Shown here piece after piece: positions 47,865 to 59,920 of a stretch of DNA of 64,000 nt (position 1 is the stretch's first letter; every line of letters starts with the position of its first letter). Under the pieces are notes generated by a model. That model had not been told where the DNA came from. It searched no databases and was given only the letters and a program-made list of their open reading frames with translations. Source of the DNA: the human T2T-CHM13v2.0 reference genome, Homo sapiens; assembly GCF_009914755.1 (NCBI RefSeq), contig NC_060936.1; one strand, written 5' to 3'. Made by a program: the position numbers and the translations under genes.

Positions 47865-49109
47865 GTGTTCTTATTAAAAAAAATAAACAATATGCTAATT
47901 TATAAAACAGAATTAAATTGAATACCTTCTATTTGGAGGAAGAAATGATAGACTATTCTATATTTGAAATTATTCGTATTAGAGTTCACAGCCTGCATGA
48001 AAACAGGCTGATTAGTGGTATTTCTTTGTTCTTTACTTAATTTAGATTAAATTAAGCAATTATTTAAATTATTAAAATATTTTGTCTGTTATTTTAATAC
48101 TGAAATGTATATCATTATGATAATGTGGAAAAAATAGATCCAAGCCCACAAACAGAACTTTTCCAAATTAATAAGAAAAAACATCTTTAGCTAAAGATGT
48201 GTGGAACAGATAAAGAAAAACATATATATATGTACATAGATATGTATATATCTTTCTATTTAAATCGCAGTAAATTTTAAAAGTAAAGCACTGCACTTAA
48301 TAAAACAAAAGCAACAACAATATGTAGCTCAGAACTGTGTTAAATTATCAAATTTCTTGATATAAGGTATGCCTTTTATTTAGAGTATATCTTCCAGTTA
48401 ACAGGACCTGTTTCATCACTTAAATAGTTCTCATCACCGTTAAGAGTGATTAATTTGAACATTAAGGATGCATCTTTAAACATCAACATTATTACCTTCA
48501 TAACTATTATTAGTCAACATTTGTGGAGTACCTATTATGTATTAAGTATATAGATGTATTTATTCAGCCATTTATATGTACATAACCAGTTTACGTTTAA
48601 CCATGTCCTTTTGGGTTTTTTCATCATTTTTATTTTTTATTGGACTTTTGACCTTATTTTATAAAATATCTGCGGCAATACCATATTAAAATAGTAACTT
48701 ATTGAAATTTTCATGCTGAAAATAATATGTAAAGGAAAATGAAGAGTAAAATGTAGCACTTATTTAAAAAATTATACATAATGTCAATCAAGACTAATTA
48801 TTATGGTAAAAAACTTAGATGGTAAATTTCTTCATTTAAACATATAGTTAAGTTCTTCTATGTGCCATCATTACTATGAAAATGTACAGCTTATGAGAAA
48901 AAATATTAAATTCTAGAGACAATTTATCTGCCATTACTCCATTTAGAAATGATGATATGTTATGCCTATATACAAAAAATAAATTCAATATGCAAGAAGC
49001 ATGCCTTTTCTGGGGAATCCTTATCAACTTTCAGTTTCAAATATTGTATATTGCCTCTCATAAGATGCATCATAATATAAGATTAAACTTAAACTGGAAA
49101 AAAATTCAT

Positions 49110-49370
49110 ATTTTTAAAATAAATATCACTGTGCACATTTGAGATTTACAACATAATGTTATGGGATATATATAGAGAGAGAAATAGTAAAATGGTTACT
49201 ATAGTGAAGCAAATTAACATATCTATTATCTCATATAGTTACTCTATTTTGACCAGAGTAGCTAAGAATCTACTTAATTAACAAAAATCTCTAATCCAAT
49301 ACAATTTTATCAAATACTTTCTTCATATTGTACATTAAATCTCTAAACTTGTTGATTTTACATGTCTGCA
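49110..49370 (-). mobile_element. L1MA 3'-end fragment
   Basis: GTAAAATGGTTACTATAGTGAAGCAAATTAACATATC. Confidence 0.65.
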
Positions 49371-51608
49371 ACCTCTTTTAAATAAAATTATTTTCCCATG
49401 CCTTTGGAAAACTTTATAAAACAACAGATTTTGCTATTTTCTATTGCATTTTGAAAAAAATGCAAAAAATGAACACAAGATATTTAAAGGTAGAGAAATA
49501 AAATAGGTAAATATTTTTTAAAATGAGAAAAGCCTGTGGGTTTAAAAAGAACAGAGGCACTCATTTGATTTTAATTGGATAGAAAATAAAAAGGAAGGAT
49601 TTTTTAAAAAGGAACAGAAAACAACTGCTATCCAAATGTCGCAGTCACTTTGCAGGGAGAAAAGCAGACTGCCCTGTCACTCTTGAGCCCCAGCTCTCCC
49701 ATCTTTTGTCTGTTCACCTAATATCTTTCTGACTAGCTTTTCTGTATTTTCTGTAGGCAAAATAATGTTAGAAGAGTAGTCGTTGGCTTACCTTTATTTA
49801 GGATACTCAAACAGAAAGTCCCTAGACATTTTTTATTTCCTCTTCTATTCTACAACCCTTCTCCCTTATTCTGTATTTCTTCAGGCCCTGTTTTGTCAAT
49901 TTAATGAGATTCCCACTTTCCTGGAAAGAATAATGCTTATGTTTTATACTACCATAACCCTAAAATGCTACTGTCTATCTTATTAACTAGAATATTCTAT
50001 TCCCAAATACCCTTTATAACCCATTATAAAATAACAACATGTAAATAACAAAATAACAACATGTATTGTATGGCTATAAAAATGTTTGTAATATGATACA
50101 TATATTAAAAAGCAATATCCACAAATCCTATGAAGCAATATTCACTAATGTTTATATCATCTGTCTCTTGTCTGTCTTCCATATTAGGTACTCATTTGTT
50201 TTTCTTTTTTTGTAAGAGGATAAAACTAATTCAGGGCACAGCAGTCTTCCAACATTCACGGAACACCCACCAGGCATCATGACTTCCTGCTGAGAGAGTT
50301 ATAAATGGCAATAGGGTGTCTGTTTGGTGTTGGCAGGCTACTGCAGAAACGTGGTGACTAAAGATTTTTGCTATGATCCTTGGCTGTAACCCTTTCTCCT
50401 GCTCACTTTGGTTGACGTCTTTGTCTCTTCGGTAGCTCTCTTCGTCTTACAACTAGTGTAGAAAAATATTTTGTCCTATGTCCTTACTAGATATCGAACT
50501 TCTATAATTTAAATGATTGTGTGATCATTCAGTCATTAAGTTTCATGAACCTTAAAAGACATGCAAACCAATAGCAATCATGGAGAGGCTGGACAAGAAT
50601 AAAGAGATTTTAAAAGCATCGTTTCTGAATGTTCAAACTACCTAAAATGTTGCTTGTACAATCACTTACGAGATTGTACATAGATATATCTGTATAAGGA
50701 CTGATTAAATGTGGAATGAATATTTACTTACACCATATTAAGTTATTTTAATTCTTAATCTTACATTATATTCATTGAAAGGGATTTGGACAGTTTAAAT
50801 GAATAATTTCAGAAGTTCTAATCTGAAAATTTACAGTTTTTATAGTTGAATCAATTTAATTAGTAACAGTTAACACAGAGTAAAATCAAATAGAGATACA
50901 AAATTGGAAGTTTCCTTCATTGTGAAGTATTATGTGGAAATTTCCATAAAAGACTGTCTCTAGGACTCTAGCTACTGACAAGCAGAAATAGTAGATAGCC
51001 ATCATCTACTCAGCTTGCTTACTGTTACCAGGATACAACAGGAGCGTGAAGGGAGATAAGATCTTGGAGGGAAAAATTTTTTTTGGTTGTTTATTTTAAA
51101 CTGAGGTTTTGTTTGTTTATTTTGTTTTCACCAAGTCAGAGAGTAGGCCACTATCCCAAGCTAAAGAAGATCAGAGGTTTTTAAGTGAAGTCCATAGAGC
51201 TATCTGAAGTCAAAAGGGATTTTGACACTAAAATAGTAATCAGTTCAAATAAATTACAGTTTTTTTCTTTTGTCTATGAAGGAATAAGAAGTACATCAAA
51301 TGAGAGTGAATATTATTGTAGAAAAATGAGCCCCTTATGATTGCATTTCTTTACATCTTACTGTAATATTATGTATCAACTTTAAATATGTCAATTAAAT
51401 TTTTCAATAGACATATTTTTAATTTACATAGAGTAACAACATAGAAATACTAGAATCATAATGTGCTTATGATATAAATTAAGTATAAATCAAATACCCA
51501 GAAGAAAATACGCAGCCTTAGGAACAGTATCCTTTCAAATACAAAACTGTAAAAGCAAGTTATGAACAGAATACATGCTAGGTTTTATTGTCTTTGTGTG
51601 GGGGTATA

Positions 51609-51661
51609 GTGTGTGTGTGTGTGTGTGTCTGTGTGTGTGTGTGTGTGTCTGTGTGTGTGTG
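51609..51661. repeat. (TG)n microsatellite, interrupted
   Basis: Visible. Confidence 0.95.
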
Positions 51662-51862
51662 AACTTACTAGTGCTTGAGGTTTTTTGAAGCTAAAGACAC
51701 TGTTCCTGAATGAAGAATAATTAGGGAGTTTATGTTCCCAAGAGCTTTTAACCATTTATCCTTGAGTAAATTTCCTAATATAAAATGTATTCTTTTACTA
51801 ATTACATATCTTATATAAAAGAAACTTTGAGTAGCACTATGTCATACATACTTTTATAATAA

Positions 51863-52160
<298 letters not shown>

Positions 52161-52396
52161 TGAATGTAAGTATTTTCATGATGTATTCACTTCTAATCAA
52201 TATCTCTCCCTATAGTAGCTTTAACCAGAAATGTCTGCAAATTAATTTCATATTTCTATGAATAGCTGTAATACTCATCATTCTGTTTGAGACATTCAGA
52301 CAGTAATACTGACATACATCCCAAAATTAATATTAATTCATGGAGTGGTGAGATATTAATTTAACTAAAATAAAATAATAAAGACAAATGTGACAA

Positions 52397-52695
52397 TTTT
52401 TTTTTTTCTTCCTTGAGATGGAGTCTCACTTTGTCACCAAGGCTGGAGTGCAATGGAGTAATCTCGGCTCACTGAAACCTCTGCCCCCAGGTTCAAGTGA
52501 TTCTCCCACCTCAGCCTACCAGGTAGCTGGGATTACAGGCACCTGCCATCATGCTGAGCTACTTTTTGTATTTTTAGTTGAGATAGGATTTTACCATGTT
52601 GGCCCAGCTGATCTCCAACTCCTGACCTCAGGTGATCCATCTGCCCTGGCCTCTCAAAGTGCTGGGATTACAGGCGTGAGCCACCGCTCCTGGCC
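52397..52695 (-). mobile_element. AluS (AluSx-like)
   Basis: Full dimer; TSD AAAT(G/C)TGACAATTTT. Confidence 0.92.
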
Positions 52696-53719
52696 TTAAA
52701 TCTGACAATTTTCTAGATAAGTTATTAAAATATTTAGAAAATTGAGAAAACATTGCCTTGATTTGCTGAAAGAATTTGTGTAATTAATTTCTAATTCCAT
52801 TTGAGCTTACCATTTCCTATGTGGCTTGAGTGAATAGTACAGATACAGTTGAATATAGTATAAATACCTTTGTATTCACTAATTTAGTATCATTCATTCA
52901 AAAATATTTAGTGACTTTCCCAATAAAAAAATAAATTCATTAGAATATAACCTAAATTTTATTAATTTTACATTTGTTTTCTGAAGAGTAAAATACTCTA
53001 AAAATATTCTGATGTCAGACAGTATTTTCTTTTCTATGAGGATAAGGCAGTGTATGAAAAAAAATCAATTGCTACCATAAAAAACAAGTTTTCTGCACTG
53101 CCTGTTTAGATCTATCACAAACTTTAATGGGTAAGTAACTGTCTCTATGAACTACATTTCTGGCCAGCTCCATCTGCTTTCATTTTCCAAGCAGCCTGGT
53201 GAAGCAAACAGAGATAAGGAGGTAATAAAATATTTGACTGAATCACTACCTCTAGGGTACCACCAAAATGAAAGGCATGATGTTGATATTTAACACCAGA
53301 GATTAAAATCTAGAATTATTTGCAGGAGTTGAAGTTTTCAGCATTCTCTACCAAAATGAGAGCATTAACTAATGTACCTCAGTAAAAGATGTGCTTCTGA
53401 CATTATAATGTAAGTAATAAAATTGAAGTCATAAGAATCTTTAGCTGAAATTACATATTGAAAGACACAGTACAGGTCCAGATGGTTCTGATGAGTCAAG
53501 TTACAGTCTGAAGCACATATGATTTAAACAATTATAATAACCTACAGGTATTGGCAAAAATTCTTATTCATGAAATTCAAACAATCATATAAACTAAAAT
53601 AATGGCAGCTACTTAAGCAGGAAATGTTCCTGGCCTCATATTTACTTACTTGCCATAGATACAGGGGATTTCTAACAATGAACCATTTCCGAGAGATTAT
53701 TTTGCTTAATATATGGAAT

Positions 53720-54456
53720 GCATAGTATGGAAAATTGCTTGCAAAAATGGATGCCATTTTTCCCTTCTCCATATCCATGCTTCTTTGCATTGTGACTCTG
53801 CGACTCTGTATCTTATCAGATCTCTCTCTCTTTAAGTCTGGGATAGCCTTATGACGTCCTTTGACCAATAGAAAGTGGCCTTGAGAAGACTTGTTTGCTT
53901 ATACTCTCTTTCCTGGAATATTGCCAAGCCTCCACATGGATATTTCCAGTCTAGCCTGTTGGATGATGAAGGATACTTGGCCCAGTTATTCATGTTGCCT
54001 GAGCCAACAGCCAAGCATCAAGTATGTGAGTGAAGTAGATTAGACAGTCAGCTCAGTCAATTGGACAACCCACCTCAGGCAGGTTAGAGAACCTAACTGA
54101 GCTCAAACAAGCCAGACCTAGATCAGCAAAGCCGTACACCTGATCCAGAGACTCATGAATTATGTTAATGACTTTTGCTTTAAGCCCTGCAAAATTAGGG
54201 CCCATAAGTTGTCTCCTTGTTTGTGTAAATAAAGTTTTATTAGAACACAGCATCATCCACTGGAATATGTATATGTAGTCTGTGGTTGCTTTCATGCTAC
54301 AACAGTGGAGTCAACTAGTTGCAATAGAAATCTTATGATGTGCAAAGACTAAAATAATTACCATATAGATATTTACAGAAAAATTTATTGACTCCTATTT
54401 TAAACCACTACATTTTGAGGTAGATTGTAACTCTGTAATGGGAAAACATGTACATC
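53720..54456 (+). mobile_element. MLT1 (G/H-like) LTR interrupted by MER58A
   Basis: CTTTGACCAATAGAAAGTGGC...GCTTTAAGC [MER58A] TTTTAAACCACTACATTTTGAGGTAG. Confidence 0.65.
54186..54397. mobile_element. MER58A nested in MLT1
   Basis: GTAAATAAAGTTTTATTAGAACACAGC...TTTACAGAAAAATTTATTGACTCCT; degenerate 8-bp TSD CTTTAAGC / TTTTAAAC. Confidence 0.75.
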
Positions 54457-54599
54457 TAGCAAAATATTTCCAGTAATGTTTGTTTTCATTAAATATAGTA
54501 TCACTCTATGTTGTTATTTGTAATTTATAATTTTTAGACCTTTAATTTTTACACAAATGTTTTATTACTTAGTATCTAATATAAGACATCATTGCACTA

Positions 54600-54702
54600 A
54601 AAGTACAATATAAAAGTGCACAATCAGATAAAAATCCCTCCATTCATACAGTCTCCCTCCCAGAATGTAGTGGAACACTGAATAGACACACATGCATTAC
54701 AT

Positions 54703-54733
<31 letters not shown>

Positions 54734-56370
54734 CATACACACATATATATAAAACACCTGCAAACATATAATTTAAACCATATAAAATCACTGTTTTGCA
54801 GAAATAATGATTAAATGTTAATAATTTTATATGGTTGAAAGTAATTTTACTCCAGATGGTGATAGGTGCAAATGAAGTGATACAAGGAAAAATAGGAAGG
54901 TAACAGAATTGCTGTTATTTGAGCAAATATGGGAAAAAATATAGGGAAGTTTTAAGTATCTAGGTGAAGACAATCCCAGGAAGAAGAATGACAAGTACAG
55001 TGGTCTTGAAGTGGGAAAAGGTCCGATCTGTTTAAACAGGAAAAGGCAAACAAGGTCAAAGTGAGTAAGGAGATTTGTAGTAGATGCTGAGATTAGAGAG
55101 GTAATAAGTGGGTGACAGACTCAATATATTTGTGATGTTCAGTACATTAGCTACTACTGAGAATCTGAAATGCAGCTAGCTCAATATGAGATATTACATA
55201 CATGTAAAATACACACCAAATTTTGAAGGTGTGAAAAAAAGTGTTACATATTTAAATAATTTTTGTGCTGATTACATGTAGAAATGATAATATTTTGCAT
55301 TGAGTGGGTTAAAGTGTATTACAATTAATTTCATCATTTTCTGTTTACTTTTTAAAAAATATGGCTATTAACATGACTCATATGTTTCCATCATATTGCT
55401 CTGGTATAGAGTTTAATAGTCCAATGTCAGAACTGAGGTTATTACGCTGAGTGAGATAACTCACCATTGAGAAAAGTTTGTAATGAGGTAGTTGCTGAAG
55501 CAGGAAGGCCAGTTTGGGGAAGGTTTCATTAATTCGTGAGCAGCAAAGGGGGATGGGGACACAGAACAGAATAAAGGTAACAAATAGAAGTGAAGACAAG
55601 TTTTCAGGTTTTGGGTACATTTTGAAGACAGAGCCAATATTTGCTGATATACTTAATGTGGATTGTGAATTAACAAAAAGAAGCTAAGAATACTTTTGTA
55701 GTTTGGGTCCAGAGAACTAAAGAATATGAGTTAAAAATTGAGAGGAAGAGGACATGAAGTGGAACATGTTTGGAGTAAGAAAGATTCATTTGGGGATATG
55801 GTAAGAATGAAAATGTTGAGTAAAAATTTGGATAAATAAATCTGTACGTTCGAAGTGAGATCCAGGCTGGGGATTTTCCTTTGTGATTCATCAGCTTATA
55901 GGTACAATGTTAAGCTCCTGGAGTGAATGATTGAATATGGAGATAAGTAAAGAGATCTATAGTCAGGCCTACAGGACACTCTTAATATTTAGAGTTCAAA
56001 CAAATGAGGACACACCAGCGAAAGTTACTGAAAGAAACAGCCTATTGAGGAAGGAGAAAAAGTATAAATTAGTGGAAGGCAACTAAGGAAAGTGTTTCAA
56101 GGAATTCAGAGTGATGGTCTGTCTCAAACACTGCAGATAAGAACTACAAATTCATTAATGAATTTTGCAATGTGTACATCATATGCAATTATTTGGGTAA
56201 GAACATCTTTGGTTGAGTGTGAGGAATGAAATAGGTTAAAGAGAGAAAAAGAGGAAGCATGGAGATAGTGAATATTGATAACTCTCTCCAAGGGCTTTAT
56301 TATTAAGATAAACAGGGGCTTTCAGGGATACATGAAGCAAGATATGGAGAGTCAAAAGAGACTTTGTAAA
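54600..56370 (+). mobile_element. L2 fragment interrupted by a MER33-like relic (~55140-55410) and (CA)n
   Basis: Purine-rich L2 motifs (ACATTTTGAAGACAGAGCCAATATTTGCTGAT); MER33 motif GTAAAATACACACCAAATTTTGAAG. Confidence 0.6.
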
Positions 56371-56568
56371 ATTTTCAATTCACTAAATTTATTCCCAAAT
56401 TTTAAAATAAACTTCTAAGTTTTTCCTGTATTTTTAAATTAGAGACTTTATTTCTAAATAAGTTTTATGTTTACAGAGAAATTGAGCAGAAAGTATGGAG
56501 TTTCCACATACCCTCCCATTTCTCACTCCCCCACCACGGTTTCCCATACTGTCTTTCCATTACTATCT

Positions 56569-56748
56569 GTCTTTGCATGTGGATATCTACTTGTTCTAGC
56601 ACAATTTGTTTAAAAGATTATCCTTTTCCCATTGGATTCTATTTACTCATTTGTCAGAGATAATTGACTATGTTTGTATCCCTCCCTTTTCGTGGCTCTT
56701 TATTCTGATTCATTGCAATTTTTGTCTTTTCTTTTGCCAATACAAATC
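56569..56748 (+). repeat. Inserted 180-bp copy of 58511-58689
   Basis: Direct alignment, about 13 differences. Confidence 0.95.
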
Positions 56749-57562
56749 CAATACATTAGCATAGATGAGCCAGTATTTATTTATTATTACATAGAGTCTA
56801 CAGTTCACATTAGGGTTCGCGCTTTATGTTGTACATTCTGTGGGTTTTGATAAATGTGTAATGAAATGTATACAACATGAGCATAACATGCAGAATAGTT
56901 TCATTGCCCAAAAATCTTCTGTGCTCCAGCTATTCATCCCTCTATTTATTCTGCTAATGTCGTAGAAACCACTGATCTTTTTACTGTTTTCACAATTTTG
57001 GCTTTTTCAGAGTGCCATATAGTTGAAACCATATGTATGTAGCCTCAGATTGGCTTCTTTCACTTAGCATCAAAAGTTCCTCCATGTCTTTTTGTGGCTT
57101 GATAGATCAATTCCTCTTTCCACTGAATAATAGTCCATTGTATGGATGTACCTCAGTTTACCTTTGCATTCACACATTGAAGATCTGGGTTGCTTCCAAC
57201 TTTCGGCATTTGTAAATAAAGATATTATAAACATTTGTGTACAGGTTTTTGTGTGAACATGTTTTCAATTCATTTAGGTAAACACCAGTGGGCTCAATTG
57301 CTGGATCATATGACAGAATACAGTTAGTTTTGTACTAAACTGCCAAACTGTCTTTCAATATGGCTGTACCATTTGGCATTTCAATGAGCAATAAATGAGT
57401 TTCTGTTGCTACATATCATCACCAACATTTGCTGCTGTCAATATTTTAGATTTTAGCCATTCTAATCAGTGTGTAGTCATATCTCATTGATATTTTAATT
57501 TGCAATTTTCTGATAAGTATGATGTTGAGCATATTTTCATATGTATATTAGCCATCTGTATA

Positions 57563-58161
57563 TGATAGTAACAGGAGACAGACAAATTCCTAGGCAGACA
57601 GGGATGGGTCCCTGGTGAAACTTGACCTTCAAGCCAAGGACAGTTTAAAGCCTGAAAACTAAGCTGCCAGTTCTGGATTGTGTCCACGATGGAATGAGAA
57701 CTTCCATCCCCATCTTACATACTCTCTCTTGATTGGTTCCTTCTGAATGACGCCTTTGAAGCAATTGAATTGTTCCTTTTCCAAGCCCACTCATGGACCA
57801 GTAAGCCCTCATTTCCCCATTTTAAGCCCATAAAAACCCCAGACTCAGCCTCGCAGATGACTACCTGCTTTTGGGTCCCCTCTCATTGCTGTGAGCTTGC
57901 TTTCTGTCGTTCAATAAAATTTTACTCTGCCTTACTCACTCTCTGGTGTCTGCATGCCTTATTTTTCTTGGTAGTGGGACAAGAACCTGGAACTCCAAAT
58001 TATGGGAGCATAAGAGCTATAGTGTTCCTGCTCAGTGAGCTGTGGGTGGTGAGAGTAAAAGAGCTGTAGCACTCCCTCCCGCTCACCAAAAAATGGGAGA
58101 GAAGCTGCTGGGCATCACTCCCTTCCACTCACCAAACTACAGGAGTGCAAAAGCCATAACA
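57563..58161 (+). mobile_element. ERV1 (MER4-group; LTR27/28/MER61-like) solo LTR
   Basis: TGATAGTAACAGGAGACAGACAAATTCCTAGGCAG...AATAAA...GCCATAACA; TGTATA on both sides. Confidence 0.75.
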
Positions 58162-59699
58162 TGTATATGTAGATTATTTACCCATTTTACTATTTGGTTG
58201 TGTGTATTGTTATTGTTAAGCTTTAAGAGTTCTTTGTTTATTTTGAATTATATTACTTTATCAGATACAAATTTTGCAATTATTTTCTCACAGCCTGTGG
58301 CTTGTGTTCTCATTCTCTTTTTGACATATTTTTCATTTAAAGATCAATTTTTTTCCTCATAGATTATGACTTTGCTGTTGTATCTAAACAGTCATTGCCA
58401 AACCAAAGGTCAGCTAGATTTTCTCCCATGTTATCTCCCAGGAGTTTTATTTGGTTTTTGATCCATTTTAAGATCTTCATGAACGGTCCAAGACCTATGT
58501 CTAGATTCACGTCTTTGCATTTGGATATCTACTTGTTCTAGCACCATTTGTTTAAGAGTTTATCCTTTTCCCATTGGATTCTGTTTACTGATTTGTCAGA
58601 GATAATTGACTATGTTTGTATCTCTCCCTTTCATGGCTCTTTATTCTGATACATTGCTCTTTTTGTCTTTTCTTTTGCCAGTACAAATCTGTCTTGATTA
58701 CTGTAGCTTTATAGTTAGTCTTGTGGTTTTGTAGCATCAGTCTTCTGACTTAGTTCTTCAATATTGGGTTCGCTACTGTGAGATTTTTGATTTCCATATA
58801 AATTTTAGAATCAGTTGATCACTATTCACAAAATAACTTGTTGGAAGTTTCTCATAATTATTTATTTTGGTTAAAATAATTTATCTTTTCCCCTTTGGTT
58901 TTATGAAAATGAAAACTTTAAAACTGAATTTATAACATGTTTATTTTTATAAGTAATTTTGAAAATATACTCCTTTAAACTTACTCTGTTTAGTATATAC
59001 TGTAAAACAAAACAATATATGCAATGCTCAGATAAAAAACATTTTATCCATTATATAGATAATTGATAAAATTATTTACCTTACAGTTCTATAAAAATAG
59101 TATAAATTTTAAAAAGTTAAAAGGGATCAATATGTTTGACAAAATTAGCTTCTGTTTAAGAAGATTTTATATTTTGTGCCAAGGAAAGCTTGCTGCATAA
59201 ATTTATTTAAAATACTATTAAATTATTAACGATAAGGAAAAATCAAACTTCAAGTTTCAAAATATATTGAATAGATCAGGTATTATCAAGTTTTCACATA
59301 ATTTCTATAGCCAATGGAAAACATTTAACCTCAGCATTTAAGCAGACTAAATTTTCTGCGGCAAACTGGCCAATGTAAGTTTTTATCAATTTCATTTTGA
59401 AAAAAATCATCATTAAAACAACTTGCACTGAAAGCTCATTGGTTAAGAGAAAAATATTACAAATCATTATAATAATCTACCTGCAGGAAAATTAGTGGAA
59501 TCTCGTCTGTTTAATAAAAAGTAGTCAAATCTGGGGCTATATACATAAAAATGAAAGAAGCATATTATCTTAGTCATTCAATCAACTGTAGAATTTTCAA
59601 ACTCAAAATTAGACATTTCATTTTATTCTTTCACTCTCTAAAACATATAACCTATTAGCTAATCTTGCTGATATTTAGCTGCCACTTTACTCATTTAGG

Positions 59700-59920
59700 C
59701 AGATCTGTAGGGAAGGGACATAGTATTCGGACTTGGAGGAACAGTATTATAGCCTTACTTTATTATTCACAGGCTACATGGCCTTGGTTACTTTGTCCAT
59801 CTTCTCAGAAAACAGTTTTCACAAATGAAAACTGCAAAATAAGATGCCTATCTCAGGAGAGTTGCTGTGAAAATCAAATTAGATGAATATAGGAAAGTGC
59901 TTAGTAAATGGTAAACAGAA
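59700..59920 (+). mobile_element. MIR fragment
   Basis: AATAAGATGCCTATCTCAGGAGAGTTGCTGTGAAAATCAAATTAGATGAA...AAAGTGCTTAG core. Confidence 0.6.

Larger units (their letters stand above)
56430..58850 (-). mobile_element. L1MB/L1MC-like antisense 3' fragment, containing an LTR and a templated duplication
   Basis: GTTTACAGAGAAATTGAGCAGAAAGTATGGAGTTTCC...TTGATTACTGTAGCTTTATAG. Confidence 0.8.
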
